Shown: positions 33,608 through 44,649 of the stretch, one piece after another
Numbering within the stretch: position 1 is the first letter of the stretch
Layout of the letters: the number at the start of each line of letters is the position of its first letter
From: Histomonas meleagridis 2922-C6/04-290x
Lineage: Eukaryota; Protista; Parabasalia
Reading direction: 5' to 3'
Length of the DNA stretch: 64,000 bases
NCBI GenBank assembly: GCA_020184695.1
Contig: JAANOX010000256.1
Span: 248,001-312,000 of the forward strand
Program-made: the position numbers and the translations under genes
The notes under the pieces: model-generated
Seen by the model: the letters and a program-made list of their open reading frames with translations, nothing else
Told to the model about the DNA's origin: nothing
Database searches by the model: none

Positions 33608-35635
33608 ATGAGAAGACAAAGATCAAATCAAAGTTCTAAGAAGTCTGCTCTTCTTAAGAAAACAAGCTCTGTTGAGATTATTGATGACGTCAATGAATCG
33701 TCATCAGAATCTGAAGATATTGAACAAAATCAAATACAAACTCCAACAGAAAATGTTCATGCAGAGGAGGAAGAAAAAAAAGAACTAAACGCACAAGCCA
33801 TTCGTAGGTCTTTGCTAAACTTGTCTCAAAAGGGTGTTACAATTCGCTTAGTTAAAAATGCACTTCCAAGAGATGAGCCAAGAAGATATCGTGTTTTGTT
33901 TTTTGATAAAATCCTCGACGATGCGTTTAAAATCCTTAAAATGCCTTCATATCCAAAAAAGTTATATGATGAAGATGGAAATTTAATCAATTCATTTGAT
34001 CAATTAAAAGAACAGCAACTCGTCTACGTTTCAGCCGGTGAAAGGTTTGTCAAAAAAGAAGACACAAAACCTAAGAAGAAGAAATTAAATTATGTATTTA
34101 CAAAACGTAGCAATTCTGATTCTGATGATGATACTAATCACAATAAAAATGATCCTCAATTAGATTCAAAGTCAGTTACTTCTAAAGTTTCAAATGCAGA
34201 ACTCAAAAAACAACAAGTATTAAATTCTTTCCACAGAATGATTGCAACTTCTTCATCTACCTCAGAGACCAGTATCAACGAATCCATTTCCTCAGTTTTT
34301 TCTTCACTAACAAATGGTCAAAAGAAGCAATTATCAAATCTTGAATCAATTCAATTAATTCATAACGACACTCAACTTCTTGCATTCCAATCACACCTCA
34401 TTCGAACACGAATTGCAACCACACCACAAATTATGAAAGAAGTTCAAGAATGGTCAATTGACTTATTTAATGAAATCTCACCAAAAGACATCAAATTCGT
34501 TATAACAGGTCCCAGGCAGTCCGGGAAGACGACCATGCTCTTTACAGCCGCCACCACTCTCCTTCGTAAACTTCAAATATCACAAGTTGCAAATAAGTAT
34601 CTTCTTTTCCCATTAAACTTTGAATCCGAACTGCTTAGCACCGAGAATCCATTTCTTCTTCAACAACTTCTTCTCACCACAGTTTTTGATTCCATCCGAT
34701 ATTCCAATTATTCCCTTCTTCCATATGTACAACCACTCCAGCAATGGTTCAGTGTCATCTCGTCAGGTGGCCATGTCAAGTTCCCAACCATCTTGACCCA
34801 ATATCCACATTTTAACTTCGACAAAATCAAATCATTGGCAAAAGACCTATCGTTAGCGGTTAAAGACAAAACCACAAATGGTCTTGATCAATATGTACAG
34901 TTAATACTTCGTATTCCGAAGATCTTTGCAGAGTCCTGTGGATTCCTAGATGTCATTTATATCATTGATTCATTTGAATATTGTAATGTCAAATATCTTC
35001 CAAACAATAAACACTTTTCAACGTCAACGAAAGAAGCGGTGCTACCTGACCTATTCTGTAATGAGATGACGAAGTCGATGTATATAATATCATGTAAAAG
35101 CGAAGAACAATTTTTACAATGTTTCAAATGTCAAGATGCGACATTTATAGACAGCGAAGGAATTGTTAAAAATGTTTTAGTTCCATATCGAATCGCTATG
35201 TATAATCCGAATTTGTTGTTTACGATCGATAATTGCATGGGCTGTTGTGGATTCATTTCACGTTACATTAAAGTCTGCGAGCTATTTAAATTGGTGCAAA
35301 GTAACGCATCGATTAAAAAGCCATACTCAATGATTAAGGCGAAAACTGATCTTTCAAGATTGAAGATCGCTAAAAGGGAATTGAAGAAGTTGCTCGTTCT
35401 GTTGTATGAAGCAGGATGCAAAATAATAAAACCAGAAATGTTGAACGAAATTAATTGTTTGGACGACTCGACAACAATTAAAATTATAGAAAAAGAAATT
35501 AATAATAAAAATGATAACGAAGAAGAAGAAGAAGAAATTGAAGTGATAACGAAAAGTGATGAAGAAACTGAAGAAAAAAATGTGGAAAATGATGAAAAAA
35601 TAAATACAAATGATGATGATGATGAAATGGTGTAA
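33608..35635 (+). CDS. Doublecortin(DCX)-like domain plus P-loop NTPase-like protein
   Basis: FDKILDDAFKILKMPSYPKKLYDEDGNLINSFDQLKEQQLVYVSAGERF resembles a DCX repeat; Walker A GPRQSGKTT and Walker-B-like VIYIIDSFE follow. Confidence 0.7.
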   Translation: MRRQRSNQSSKKSALLKKTSSVEIIDDVNESSSESEDIEQNQIQTPTENVHAEEEEKKELNAQAIRRSLLNLSQKGVTIRLVKNALPRDEPRRYRVLFFDKILDDAFKILKMPSYPKKLYDEDGNLINSFDQLKEQQLVYVSAGERFVKKEDTKPKKKKLNYVFTKRSNSDSDDDTNHNKNDPQLDSKSVTSKVSNAELKKQQVLNSFHRMIATSSSTSETSINESISSVFSSLTNGQKKQLSNLESIQLIHNDTQLLAFQSHLIRTRIATTPQIMKEVQEWSIDLFNEISPKDIKFVITGPRQSGKTTMLFTAATTLLRKLQISQVANKYLLFPLNFESELLSTENPFLLQQLLLTTVFDSIRYSNYSLLPYVQPLQQWFSVISSGGHVKFPTILTQYPHFNFDKIKSLAKDLSLAVKDKTTNGLDQYVQLILRIPKIFAESCGFLDVIYIIDSFEYCNVKYLPNNKHFSTSTKEAVLPDLFCNEMTKSMYIISCKSEEQFLQCFKCQDATFIDSEGIVKNVLVPYRIAMYNPNLLFTIDNCMGCCGFISRYIKVCELFKLVQSNASIKKPYSMIKAKTDLSRLKIAKRELKKLLVLLYEAGCKIIKPEMLNEINCLDDSTTIKIIEKEINNKNDNEEEEEEIEVITKSDEETEEKNVENDEKINTNDDDDEMV

Positions 35636-36378
35636 TTATAAATGAAAAAATTGAAATTATAAGTTCGATGCCTTAAATGAAAAAATAAATAAAAAGGTTT
35701 CGATATATTTTAATCTCTGTTTTTGATATGTAATGTGTTCAATATAATTCATGAAAATCAAAATAGAAACCAAAGATTGATTTGATGCTCATCAGTTTTG
35801 CAGAATTTGCTGTGTGGTTACGAAAATTCGCAAAACTGCTTCAAGTGATCAAATTGGTAAAAAAAATATTATCTAAAAGTAAGATATATCACATAGCTAC
35901 AGCACTTTTCATCTAAATAAAGTGGAATATTTCTAAAAAATCATTTTTATCTACGATGGAGCAATTCTTTCTTAACGTCTTTATTCTTTGGTTGACTTTT
36001 TCATAACCGTTTTAAACTTTTTTGTAATTTTTTTGAATTTTTAAGTAAACATCTCAAAAATGCTTTGCTATAGATAATGTGGATCTCAGACTTTTAATAC
36101 AGTATTGGAGGCTAGAGTTCTGAAAGTTACTTTACCACACTTCTCATAAGGTTTGTAATTTCTTCATATGGTTCTGCAATATTGAAAAATTACTAACAAA
36201 ACTCTTTCAACAGGATTTTCTCCAAAACTTTAACAATTTTTCAAGCGATTGGCAGTTTCCGATCATTTAAGATACAAACACAAACTTTTTCAGGCAGGTG
36301 AGTTTCAAAGTACTTTTTCTGAAATATAGGAAAGTATTTTCGTTTTCATAAATATTTGTTTATAACACCCATAACTAA

Positions 36379-36898
36379 ATGAAAAGCAACGAAACTTGCA
36401 AAGTCCTTGTTATGGGGTATCCAGGTTCTGGCAAAACATCGCTTATAAGGCGTTTTGTGGATGGAATTTTTTCGTATGTTCATGTTACAGTAATGTCTGA
36501 CGAATATCATCGTTTTATGGAAATTAACAATAAAGGCTTTGACTTTGAAATTACCGACATCAGTGGATCTGAACCATTTCATGGAATGTTAGTAAGATAT
36601 GCAATGAGTCACGATTGCTTCATCATTTGTTATGCAATAGATGACCATCTCAGTTTTAAATATATAAAGAGTTGTTACGATGCTATAATAGAGGCTAAAA
36701 GAAAAAATTGTTCCAATTGTTATATGTGGGAACAAATGTGATCTTGAAGATCAACGCGTTGTCTCTAAATTTGAAGGAAGTTCCATTGCTAAACGACTAA
36801 ATGTTCATTTCTTTGAAACATCTGCTTTGGCAAATGTCAACATAGAAAATCCATTTATCGAATTTGCTCAATATATCAATAAAAATAGTGTTAAATGA
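36379..36898 (+). pseudogene. Ras-family GTPase with a frameshift in an A-run near 36705 (pseudogene or sequencing error)
   Basis: GYPGSGKTS and ITDISGSE. In the shifted frame, IVPIVICGNKCDLEDQRVVS...FFETSALANVNIENPF continues to TGA at 36896-36898. No CaaX box. Confidence 0.75.
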
Positions 36899-37289
36899 AA
36901 TATCACGAATAAATAAATGTCAAATAATCATATATGATGCAATTGTAAAAGTTAAAATCTTCTATATTATAGGCAGCAATTACCTTCTAGTATAAAAATC
37001 ATTATATATATATATTTCCCGAGCTTTACATGTATTTCAAAATTCACATATATATTATTTGTTCCAAAATGTTTCGATAAAATAAGTTTCAATTATATGG
37101 AGATTATTTAAAGGAAAATAAGAAAATTAATGCATACCATATTACTACGTATTGAACACTTTCTTTAGATATTTATTTCATCTTAAATTTAAGAAAAATT
37201 TTATAAAATTTCAATATTAAAGGCGTGAATGAAGATGAATCAATAAACCCAAATATTATCAAAAAGATAACCCTATATTTTACTCATTT

Positions 37290-37620
37290 TATATCATCTA
37301 ATTAATGAAATAAATCATGAATATTACAACTCTTTTTAGAGAATGCTGCACTTTCCAAAAATGATATGATGATTCATAAGAAATTAATTAAATAAAAAGA
37401 TTCAGCAAATGAAAAACTTCAAAAAAATATCATCACAAGATTATTTTGTTCTTAATCAAACAACATTAATATACAGTAATTAAAATATTTCTAGAATAAA
37501 AAAGATGATATTAATGTTGAAAAATATTTGTTTTGATACTCATTTTAAAAATATTTATGTTTTTACTTTGAAATAATTTTAACAAATAGAATATTTGAAA
37601 ATAATTTGAATTTCGAAATC
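37290..37620 (+). pseudogene. Highly decayed DUF3447/ankyrin-family remnant with a residual 17-nt spacer
   Basis: FLENAALSKNDMMIHKKLIK resembles FFIENYEELSKNDWELHKKLIK of the 60.3-kb locus. DDINVEK and AAAAAT-[ATTTATGTTTTTACTTT]-GAA occur at 37553-37572. Confidence 0.5.
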
Positions 37621-37664
37621 ATATTTGATAATAAATATCAAATATAATAATATATTTAAAATAG

Positions 37665-37666
<2 letters not shown>

Positions 37667-37700
<34 letters not shown>
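37667..37700. repeat. (AT)17 microsatellite
   Basis: Direct inspection. Confidence 0.95.
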
Positions 37701-37703
<3 letters not shown>

Positions 37704-37911
37704 ACTAAGCAAACTTTATATTAAATAAAAGTTCTTCTTCAATATTAACAAACTTTCATACGATATTATTAAATATACATAATTTTTAATACATAAAATA
37801 ATTTATTTTCAAATAGATATTACATTTATATCTTAAAATTATATATTTTGATATTTACAAAGTTTATTATTTAAATGATAAATTTTTGAGAATTTATTTA
37901 TTATTACAATA

Positions 37912-38490
37912 TTAATTAATAAAACATATTTCTTTATTCTCGCGTTTTCTTTGAGTATTCGATTCCTCTTCTTTGTCAACAATTGTTTCTGGATTTTGAA
38001 GTACAAGATGAACAATTGTTTCAAACATTTCTTTTATGTTTATGTTGTCTTTTGCTGATGTTTCTAAAAATTCCGCACCAAGCCTTTTCGCAAGTTCTTC
38101 TCCTTCGGATTTACTTACTTTTCTTTGATCTGAAAGATCACTCTGATTGCCACAGATTAAAAGCGGTATATTGGTTGTTCCTTTTATATTTTTTATGGTG
38201 TTATAATAGTCTTCTATGCTTTGAAAAGTAGAAATTTCAGTTATTGAGTACATTATTATGAAGCCATTTGCTTTTCTTGCATGCAGTGGAATGAGTGCTG
38301 AAAATTCTTCTTGACCTGGAATTACAGTAATTTTGATTGATATTTCTTTATTATTGATTTTAACTTTTAAAGAATAAGTATCATCAAAATGATACTCAAA
38401 TTCACAATAAAACACCCCACAAGTCTCTCTAAGTACTGATGCTACTTTACCAACACAACCAGATCCTAATAAAAGTATTTGTATTGACAT
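37912..38490 (-). CDS. Ras/Rap-like small GTPase with degenerate G-boxes
   Basis: ILLLGSGCVGK, PGQEEFSAL, GFIIMYSIT, ICGNQSDL, FLETSAK and a C-terminal CFIN. Confidence 0.85.
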   Translation of the reverse strand: MSIQILLLGSGCVGKVASVLRETCGVFYCEFEYHFDDTYSLKVKINNKEISIKITVIPGQEEFSALIPLHARKANGFIIMYSITEISTFQSIEDYYNTIKNIKGTTNIPLLICGNQSDLSDQRKVSKSEGEELAKRLGAEFLETSAKDNINIKEMFETIVHLVLQNPETIVDKEEESNTQRKRENKEICFIN

Positions 38491-38659
38491 AAAGAAGGTT
38501 AACTAGTACCGACTCTAACCTTCAAAAATTAAAGTTTAATATCTCATGTTCTGAGACTAAATGACACAAATCACTAATATGTTAAATGAAAATCATCATA
38601 GGAAATATAAAAATATAGGTTATTGTTTATTTTGAGGAAAATGATTTTTTGTTAGTTCA

Positions 38660-38770
38660 TTAATGAACTGTATTTAAATATAACATTATTGTTGTTATCA
38701 TTTTACCAACATATCCATCTCCGAATAAAACTATTTTTATTGAAATAAATGATGATTTGGCAAACTGTTG
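38660..38770 (-). pseudogene. Small-GTPase 5' fragment
   Basis: Minus strand reads SIKIVLFGDGYVGKMITT (P-loop at 38702-38737) followed by stops. Confidence 0.55.
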
Positions 38771-39051
38771 AATTATTGAATGGTTGTTCATTGATTATAA
38801 TAAATAATATAATTTAGTATCAATAGTTGAGAATTTAATTTTACATAACATTTTTTTGTTGTGCAGAAAACAAAAACAAAACAAACAACAACAATATATA
38901 TATATATATATAAAATGATTAATCACACATATACAAACGAATTGTAATGAACAACTTAAATTTTATTGATATTAAAAAACTAATTTTATTTTTGTATTTA
39001 TTGATTATATTCTTATTTATTCAATTGACATTTACATGTTTAGTTTTAATA

Positions 39052-39864
39052 TTATTTTTTATTATTTAATTCATTATTCAATCTTTTATTTTCCATTTTC
39101 AAGATTGTATATTTCGTATTTAAATGTGAAATTTCTCTTGATATTTCTTGAATTTCTCGTTCAAGTTCTGTTTCTTCGTGTTTTATGTTATCACCTTTAA
39201 TTAATTTCGAGATTTCTCTTTCTAAATTTGATTTTTGTGTGATGAGTTCTTTTCCTTGTTCATTAATGCAACGAAGTTCTTCTTTTAATTCGTGAAATCG
39301 TTCATCAATTGAAATATTTGGTGTGCTAAAATCAAAATTAATTTGTCGTTGAGGTGTTTTAGGTTCTTCATCATTCATAGTTATTCGTGTTTTAAGTTTT
39401 TCATATTTAAGTTTCGCTAGTTCTTCATTCAGTTTCTGATTTTGGATTTCAATATCATCAAAATCAACAAACAACTTTCCAAATAATGTAAATAAATTGC
39501 TTGAAAATTGTGATCGTGAAATTTCTTTACGTAAGTTATCTATATCGGAAACACTATCTTCAAAGATTTGAAAGAATTCGAATTTATTTTGAGGAATCGT
39601 TAAATTATTTTCTTCTAAATATTGATTGAGTTCATTATAATCATCTTCTCCTGAATTTTCTTGTTCTGTATGATTTATTGGTTTTAAGTAAGATTTAGGA
39701 ATAATAGAATTTAATTTTGTTGTTATTTGTTCGAAATTATTTTTAGATTCTGTTTTAAATAATGATAATAAATAATAATTTAAAGCTCTTTCACATTGTA
39801 TTTTATGAATTATACACTGAAAATCTAATGATTTTGAAAAATTATCTTTTGAAGAATTATTCAT
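39052..39864 (-). CDS. Coiled-coil hypothetical protein
   Basis: 270-aa ORF with a heptad-rich C-terminal half. Confidence 0.7.
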   Translation of the reverse strand: MNNSSKDNFSKSLDFQCIIHKIQCERALNYYLLSLFKTESKNNFEQITTKLNSIIPKSYLKPINHTEQENSGEDDYNELNQYLEENNLTIPQNKFEFFQIFEDSVSDIDNLRKEISRSQFSSNLFTLFGKLFVDFDDIEIQNQKLNEELAKLKYEKLKTRITMNDEEPKTPQRQINFDFSTPNISIDERFHELKEELRCINEQGKELITQKSNLEREISKLIKGDNIKHEETELEREIQEISREISHLNTKYTILKMENKRLNNELNNKK

Positions 39865-39931
39865 ATAATTTTTATTAAACGTATATCATTATAAATAAAC
39901 GGCTTCCATCATATAAGCACGTTTATTTTTA

Positions 39932-42900
39932 ATGAATGAAACAAAAGAAGATGATATTCATCAATTATTAAAATATCAAAAAGGAGATCTTATAAATATG
40001 AATTATCCAGGTATACAAAATTTATCCACAAGTGTTTTTAACACAAAATTCTAAATATTTTTGCTTATGCAACGTTATTATCAGTTTATGTTTATGATCA
40101 AATCACATTAAAGAATATTAATGTTATAACATCACAAAATGCTATTCGAACTATTTCTCTTGCAAGTATTCAAACAGAACTAATAGCTATTAGTTATTAT
40201 TCTAAAGAAATTCATATTGTTAATATTTTAAGTCAAGAAATTATACGAACAATTCCTAATGAAGAAATAATTATCTCGATTTGTTGGCGGAATCAAGATT
40301 TAACATTATTTTGTTGGTCGTGTTATTTTTCTATCTTTTTTCTTTATTCACTTGATGGGACAACTACAAAAACAGAAATTGGAGATTTTTCTAATATGCG
40401 TATAATGGCTATTACACAATTTAATTATGATAAATATCCAATAATTTTTGGAGGTAATGGGCTTGGACATATAATTCGTATTAACGGACATGAAATTGAT
40501 ACAAAAATATTACACTAATGGAGGGTCAGTTACATCAGTTGAACTTGATCCTAATTGTGAAACGAATTGTTTAGTTATCTTTAAGAATGGCATTGGAATT
40601 TTCGACATTCGGAATAACATTGGATTAGTTCATTTTATTAAAGGTTTATCATATTCACTTAAAACAGGTGTTTGGTCTACACTATATCCAGGGCTATTTT
40701 ACACAGGCGATTCACGGACAGGAATTTTACGTATTTGGAATTCTACGTCTAATGAACCTAATGAAATCATTTCAATTTCTAATATTGGATTTTCAAGTAT
40801 GAAATCGATTAAAGAAAATCGAATTGCGATTGGGTTTAAAGATGGAACATTTTGTATATATGATATTCAATTCAAAAGAATCATCAAACAAAATATTTCA
40901 GGTCATTGGTTTAAATCCATATCAATTCAATTTTTACCAAATTCTAATGATATATTTGTTACCACAGGTGGCGAAGGTTCTATTTGTATTTGGAATATAA
41001 ACTCTATAGAACGTATTGATCGCATTGAACCAATTGAAAAATTTGGGAAAATGACGTGCATGGACATTTCACCAGGCGGCGGCATTGTTGGCTGCGGCTA
41101 CGTAAGTGGAATTGTTGGATTATTTTCATTACAAACGAAAGTATTAATACAAAACATTAAAATATCAGAAAAACAACCAATTTTAAGTATCAATTTTAAT
41201 CATTTTCATTCCGAATTATTACTTATTTGTCAAAAATGTTATGGAATTTATATTTATAATATTGAAACTAAAGAATTTGTATTTAGAACAGAGACACAAT
41301 ATATTTATCCAAGTTATGGAATTTTTTTATACCTTTTGAAGATAATGGAATAATTTATTCATGTGAATGTGGTTCATTAATTTATAAAGATAAAAATAAT
41401 TCGACGACAATTAACTTAGTTCCAGAATTAGATGAAAATTCACCGAATACTATAAATTATATTTGTTTTTCACCGACAGATTCCAATTTATTTGTTACAG
41501 GTGATATTAAAGGTAATTTAAAGTTATGGAATTTTAAAGAGAAAACATTTGAAACGATTGGAAATTATAAATATTCCATCACATGCATTAAATTTCATCA
41601 ATATATTAAAAAAACATAATTATAATTAGTAATATAAAAAGGAGAAATTATTATTTACAATTATAAATTAAATATTATTATCACCAAATTTATAGCGCAT
41701 AATTCGTCAATATTATCATTAGCAATTTCACCTACGAATTGTTTTCTTTTAATAACATTAGGATTTGAATCATCGATTAAATATTGGTCATTGGATAAAA
41801 TTTTTAAAGAAAAAATGTTGAAAAATATTCTTCGATTAGATTCTTTTTATCTTAAACCTTTAAAAGGTCTTGAACAATTAATTAAAATCACTAAACGAAT
41901 TGGAAAGAATAAAGAAAAATTAATTTTTACAAAATTTGATATTCCACATATTAATGATCTTATTAAATTAACCAAAAAATCCATTTCGAAAGAAATTTTA
42001 GATCAAAATCATAATGAAACGCGGATTATTAAACGTGCCATTAAATCTAAAGAAAAAAACTTCAACATTTAGCAGAAGTTGAATTATTTCTTGGTAATAA
42101 TAAACATTATTGTGAAAAAATGTTTAGTGCAGGTGAATATGATTTATCAGTTGCAATATCAGCGTCAGTTTCATATGAATTTTTGGCGTGAAATGATGAA
42201 CAATCGCTCAAAGTTAATGACAAGTAATAATGAAATTTGTAATTATCAACTTGCGATTGGGAATATTGATGAAGCGCTTCAAATATTAATTGAAACTAAT
42301 GAAGAAGATAAAGCATTAATTATAGCACTTCAACGAAAATATTCGAATTTAAATCAAAACAAAATAACGAGGACAACGAAATATAAGAAACAGCGCGCGA
42401 AACCATTTCTTGACGAAGAATTTCAAAAAAACAAGATCTTTATCTCGAATATAAATTTGGATATCAACGATCGAAATATTATTTAGAAAAAGGGAATATT
42501 TATCTTTCTGCGACATCATATTTAAGTATTGGCGATATATATTCAGCCGAACATATTTTAATGAAACATGGCGAACCAATTGCAGCGTATTTAATTGATC
42601 AAATGTTAACAATTAATAATCCAACGATTAAAGAACGATTTATAATGATATGTATCAAATTTGGATATGAAAAAGAAATTTTTACCAAATTAAATGAAAC
42701 AGAAAAGAAACGATTTGTTATATCGATATATTTTGAAGATATTCATAAAAGAGAAGAATTTTATCAAGAAATTAATATTGAAGAGCCGACGAAATATTTA
42801 ACATTTCAAGTAAATAATGAAAAAGAGAAAATTCATAATTTGTTCTTAAGTGGAAATCTTTTAGAAGGAATTAAATTGTATTTAAATATTGTTCAAGAAA

Positions 42901-43367
42901 AATTAAAAACAGATTTTTGTTATATTAAAGAACTGAACAAATTTATTGAAACAGTTGAATTAAAATCAGTTCCAGAAGAAATATATTTAAATGTTGTTTG
43001 CATTTCATATTATTTTGCGATGTATGAAAACATATGGAAAGGTTATAATCACATTGCGAAACTTTTTTCAGAAAAATTAACATCAATAATAACAACGCAT
43101 GAAATTAAATGGATGAAAAGTTATTTAGAAGAAATCCAACAATCGATTGAAAAGTTTTGTAACTCAAATACAAGAAAAGAAAACACGATTTATTATCCAG
43201 GATATGAATATTTTAATGATAATGAAAAAGAAAAAGAATTTTATTATGGGAAAACATATATTTTAGAAGATGGTGAAAGTAAAATGAAAATGGAAGATGC
43301 GATAATATGGTTTAATTCATCACCATATTCACCAGTTAATCATTTTTATAAACATTATATATTTTAA
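39932..43367 (+). CDS. WDR17-like WD40-repeat protein, split by multiple frameshifts (homopolymer errors or pseudogene)
   Basis: WD repeats (TGDSRTGILRIWN, VTTGGEGSICIWN, VTGDIKGNLKLWN). The C-terminal ILEDGESKMKMEDAIIWFNSSPYSP resembles the WDR17 terminus. ATG at 39932; the breaks examined fall in T/A runs. Confidence 0.65.
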
Positions 43368-43500
43368 ATATGTAAATTTGTTTGTTAATAAAATAAAATT
43401 TTAAATTTTATTTTTTTTTATGATGTTGTGACACTTTTCAATATTCATTTTATGAAGCACCCTAATTTTTGATCGGTTTCAAATCATAAAAAAATTCAAA

Positions 43501-44509
43501 ATGTCACCAGAACCACCTTTTATAGCAGATTTTTTATCATTTCTTCTTTTTGCTGCTTGTGCTTTTATGTTAGTTTATGCATTTTTGGAACGATTTAATT
43601 TTTTCAAGAAATCAAAAACTCGACAAGTTCAAACAAATAAAAAAATGAAACAAAAAGATATAAAAGAAACATCAACATCACATCAATTTTTTTATTGAAC
43701 CTTCACCTATTCCAGGAGAAAATATTCTTTTTTCCCTTCAATTTATGATCTTTCTGAACTTCAATTTTTCTATTATAATTCCAATTCGTAATGAAGAAGA
43801 TCGAATATTTTCATTACTTTCAGATATATATGAATATTTTCTAGAATATAAAAGTAAAAATGTTGAGTTTACGTATGAAGTTATTATTGTTAATAATTCA
43901 TCCAATGATAATACTTATGATATTTCAGTTAATTTCTCACGAGAACATTCTGAATTTCGAGTTCTTTCATTGCCATATTTCAGTTCATTAAATGAAAGTA
44001 TTTCCATTTCAGGACTTCGTACGCGGGGCCAATACATCTTTTTGTATCTTCCATTTCAAGGTATTCCATTTTCTATCTTTGAAACTTATCAAGAAGAGAT
44101 AATTAATGATTTATATAACACGGAACGATTTATTATTGTTGGTAAATATTTAAAGAATTCGGAAAATGATGAAATTAAGCGTTCATCGCTCTCAGTGTTT
44201 TGTGAATATTTAGCGAACAAAGCGCTTGACGTTTATGGCGTCAAATCAAGTGCGCGAAACATTTGCGGCGCAGTCATGTTTTCGCGAGAAGCAGGACGAA
44301 TTATTTTTAGACAACTTAAGATTACGCCATCAGGATATGATTATGAAATGCTTATTATTGCGAAAGCGACAGAAATTAAAGTTAAAGTTGTTCGACTTAA
44401 CATTGAAAATGAATTTTCATCAACTTTTCCAACGAGTTATCGAATTAAAACATTTCAAACAGTGTTACAAACGATATTTTCATATTTATTTAATAATAGA
44501 AATAATTAA
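43501..44509 (+). CDS. ALG5-like (dolichyl-phosphate beta-glucosyltransferase, GT2) protein; two ORF-track pieces joined across homopolymer frameshifts
   Basis: N-terminal TM helix (43501..), then FIEPSPIPGENILFPSIYDLSELQFSIIIPIRNEEDR, YEVIIVNNSSNDNT, ICGAVMFSREAGRIIF and GYDYEMLIIAK. Confidence 0.7.
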
Positions 44510-44649
44510 TGAATCATTTTATCTTTTCTTTTTTTTTTTAATAAAAATATATATTTTTATAATTTAATTTAATTTTTTTTTTTTTAATGAAGAATACACT
44601 TTTAAATAAAACATTCAAATCATTTCAGTATTAAAACGATTAATTTCCA

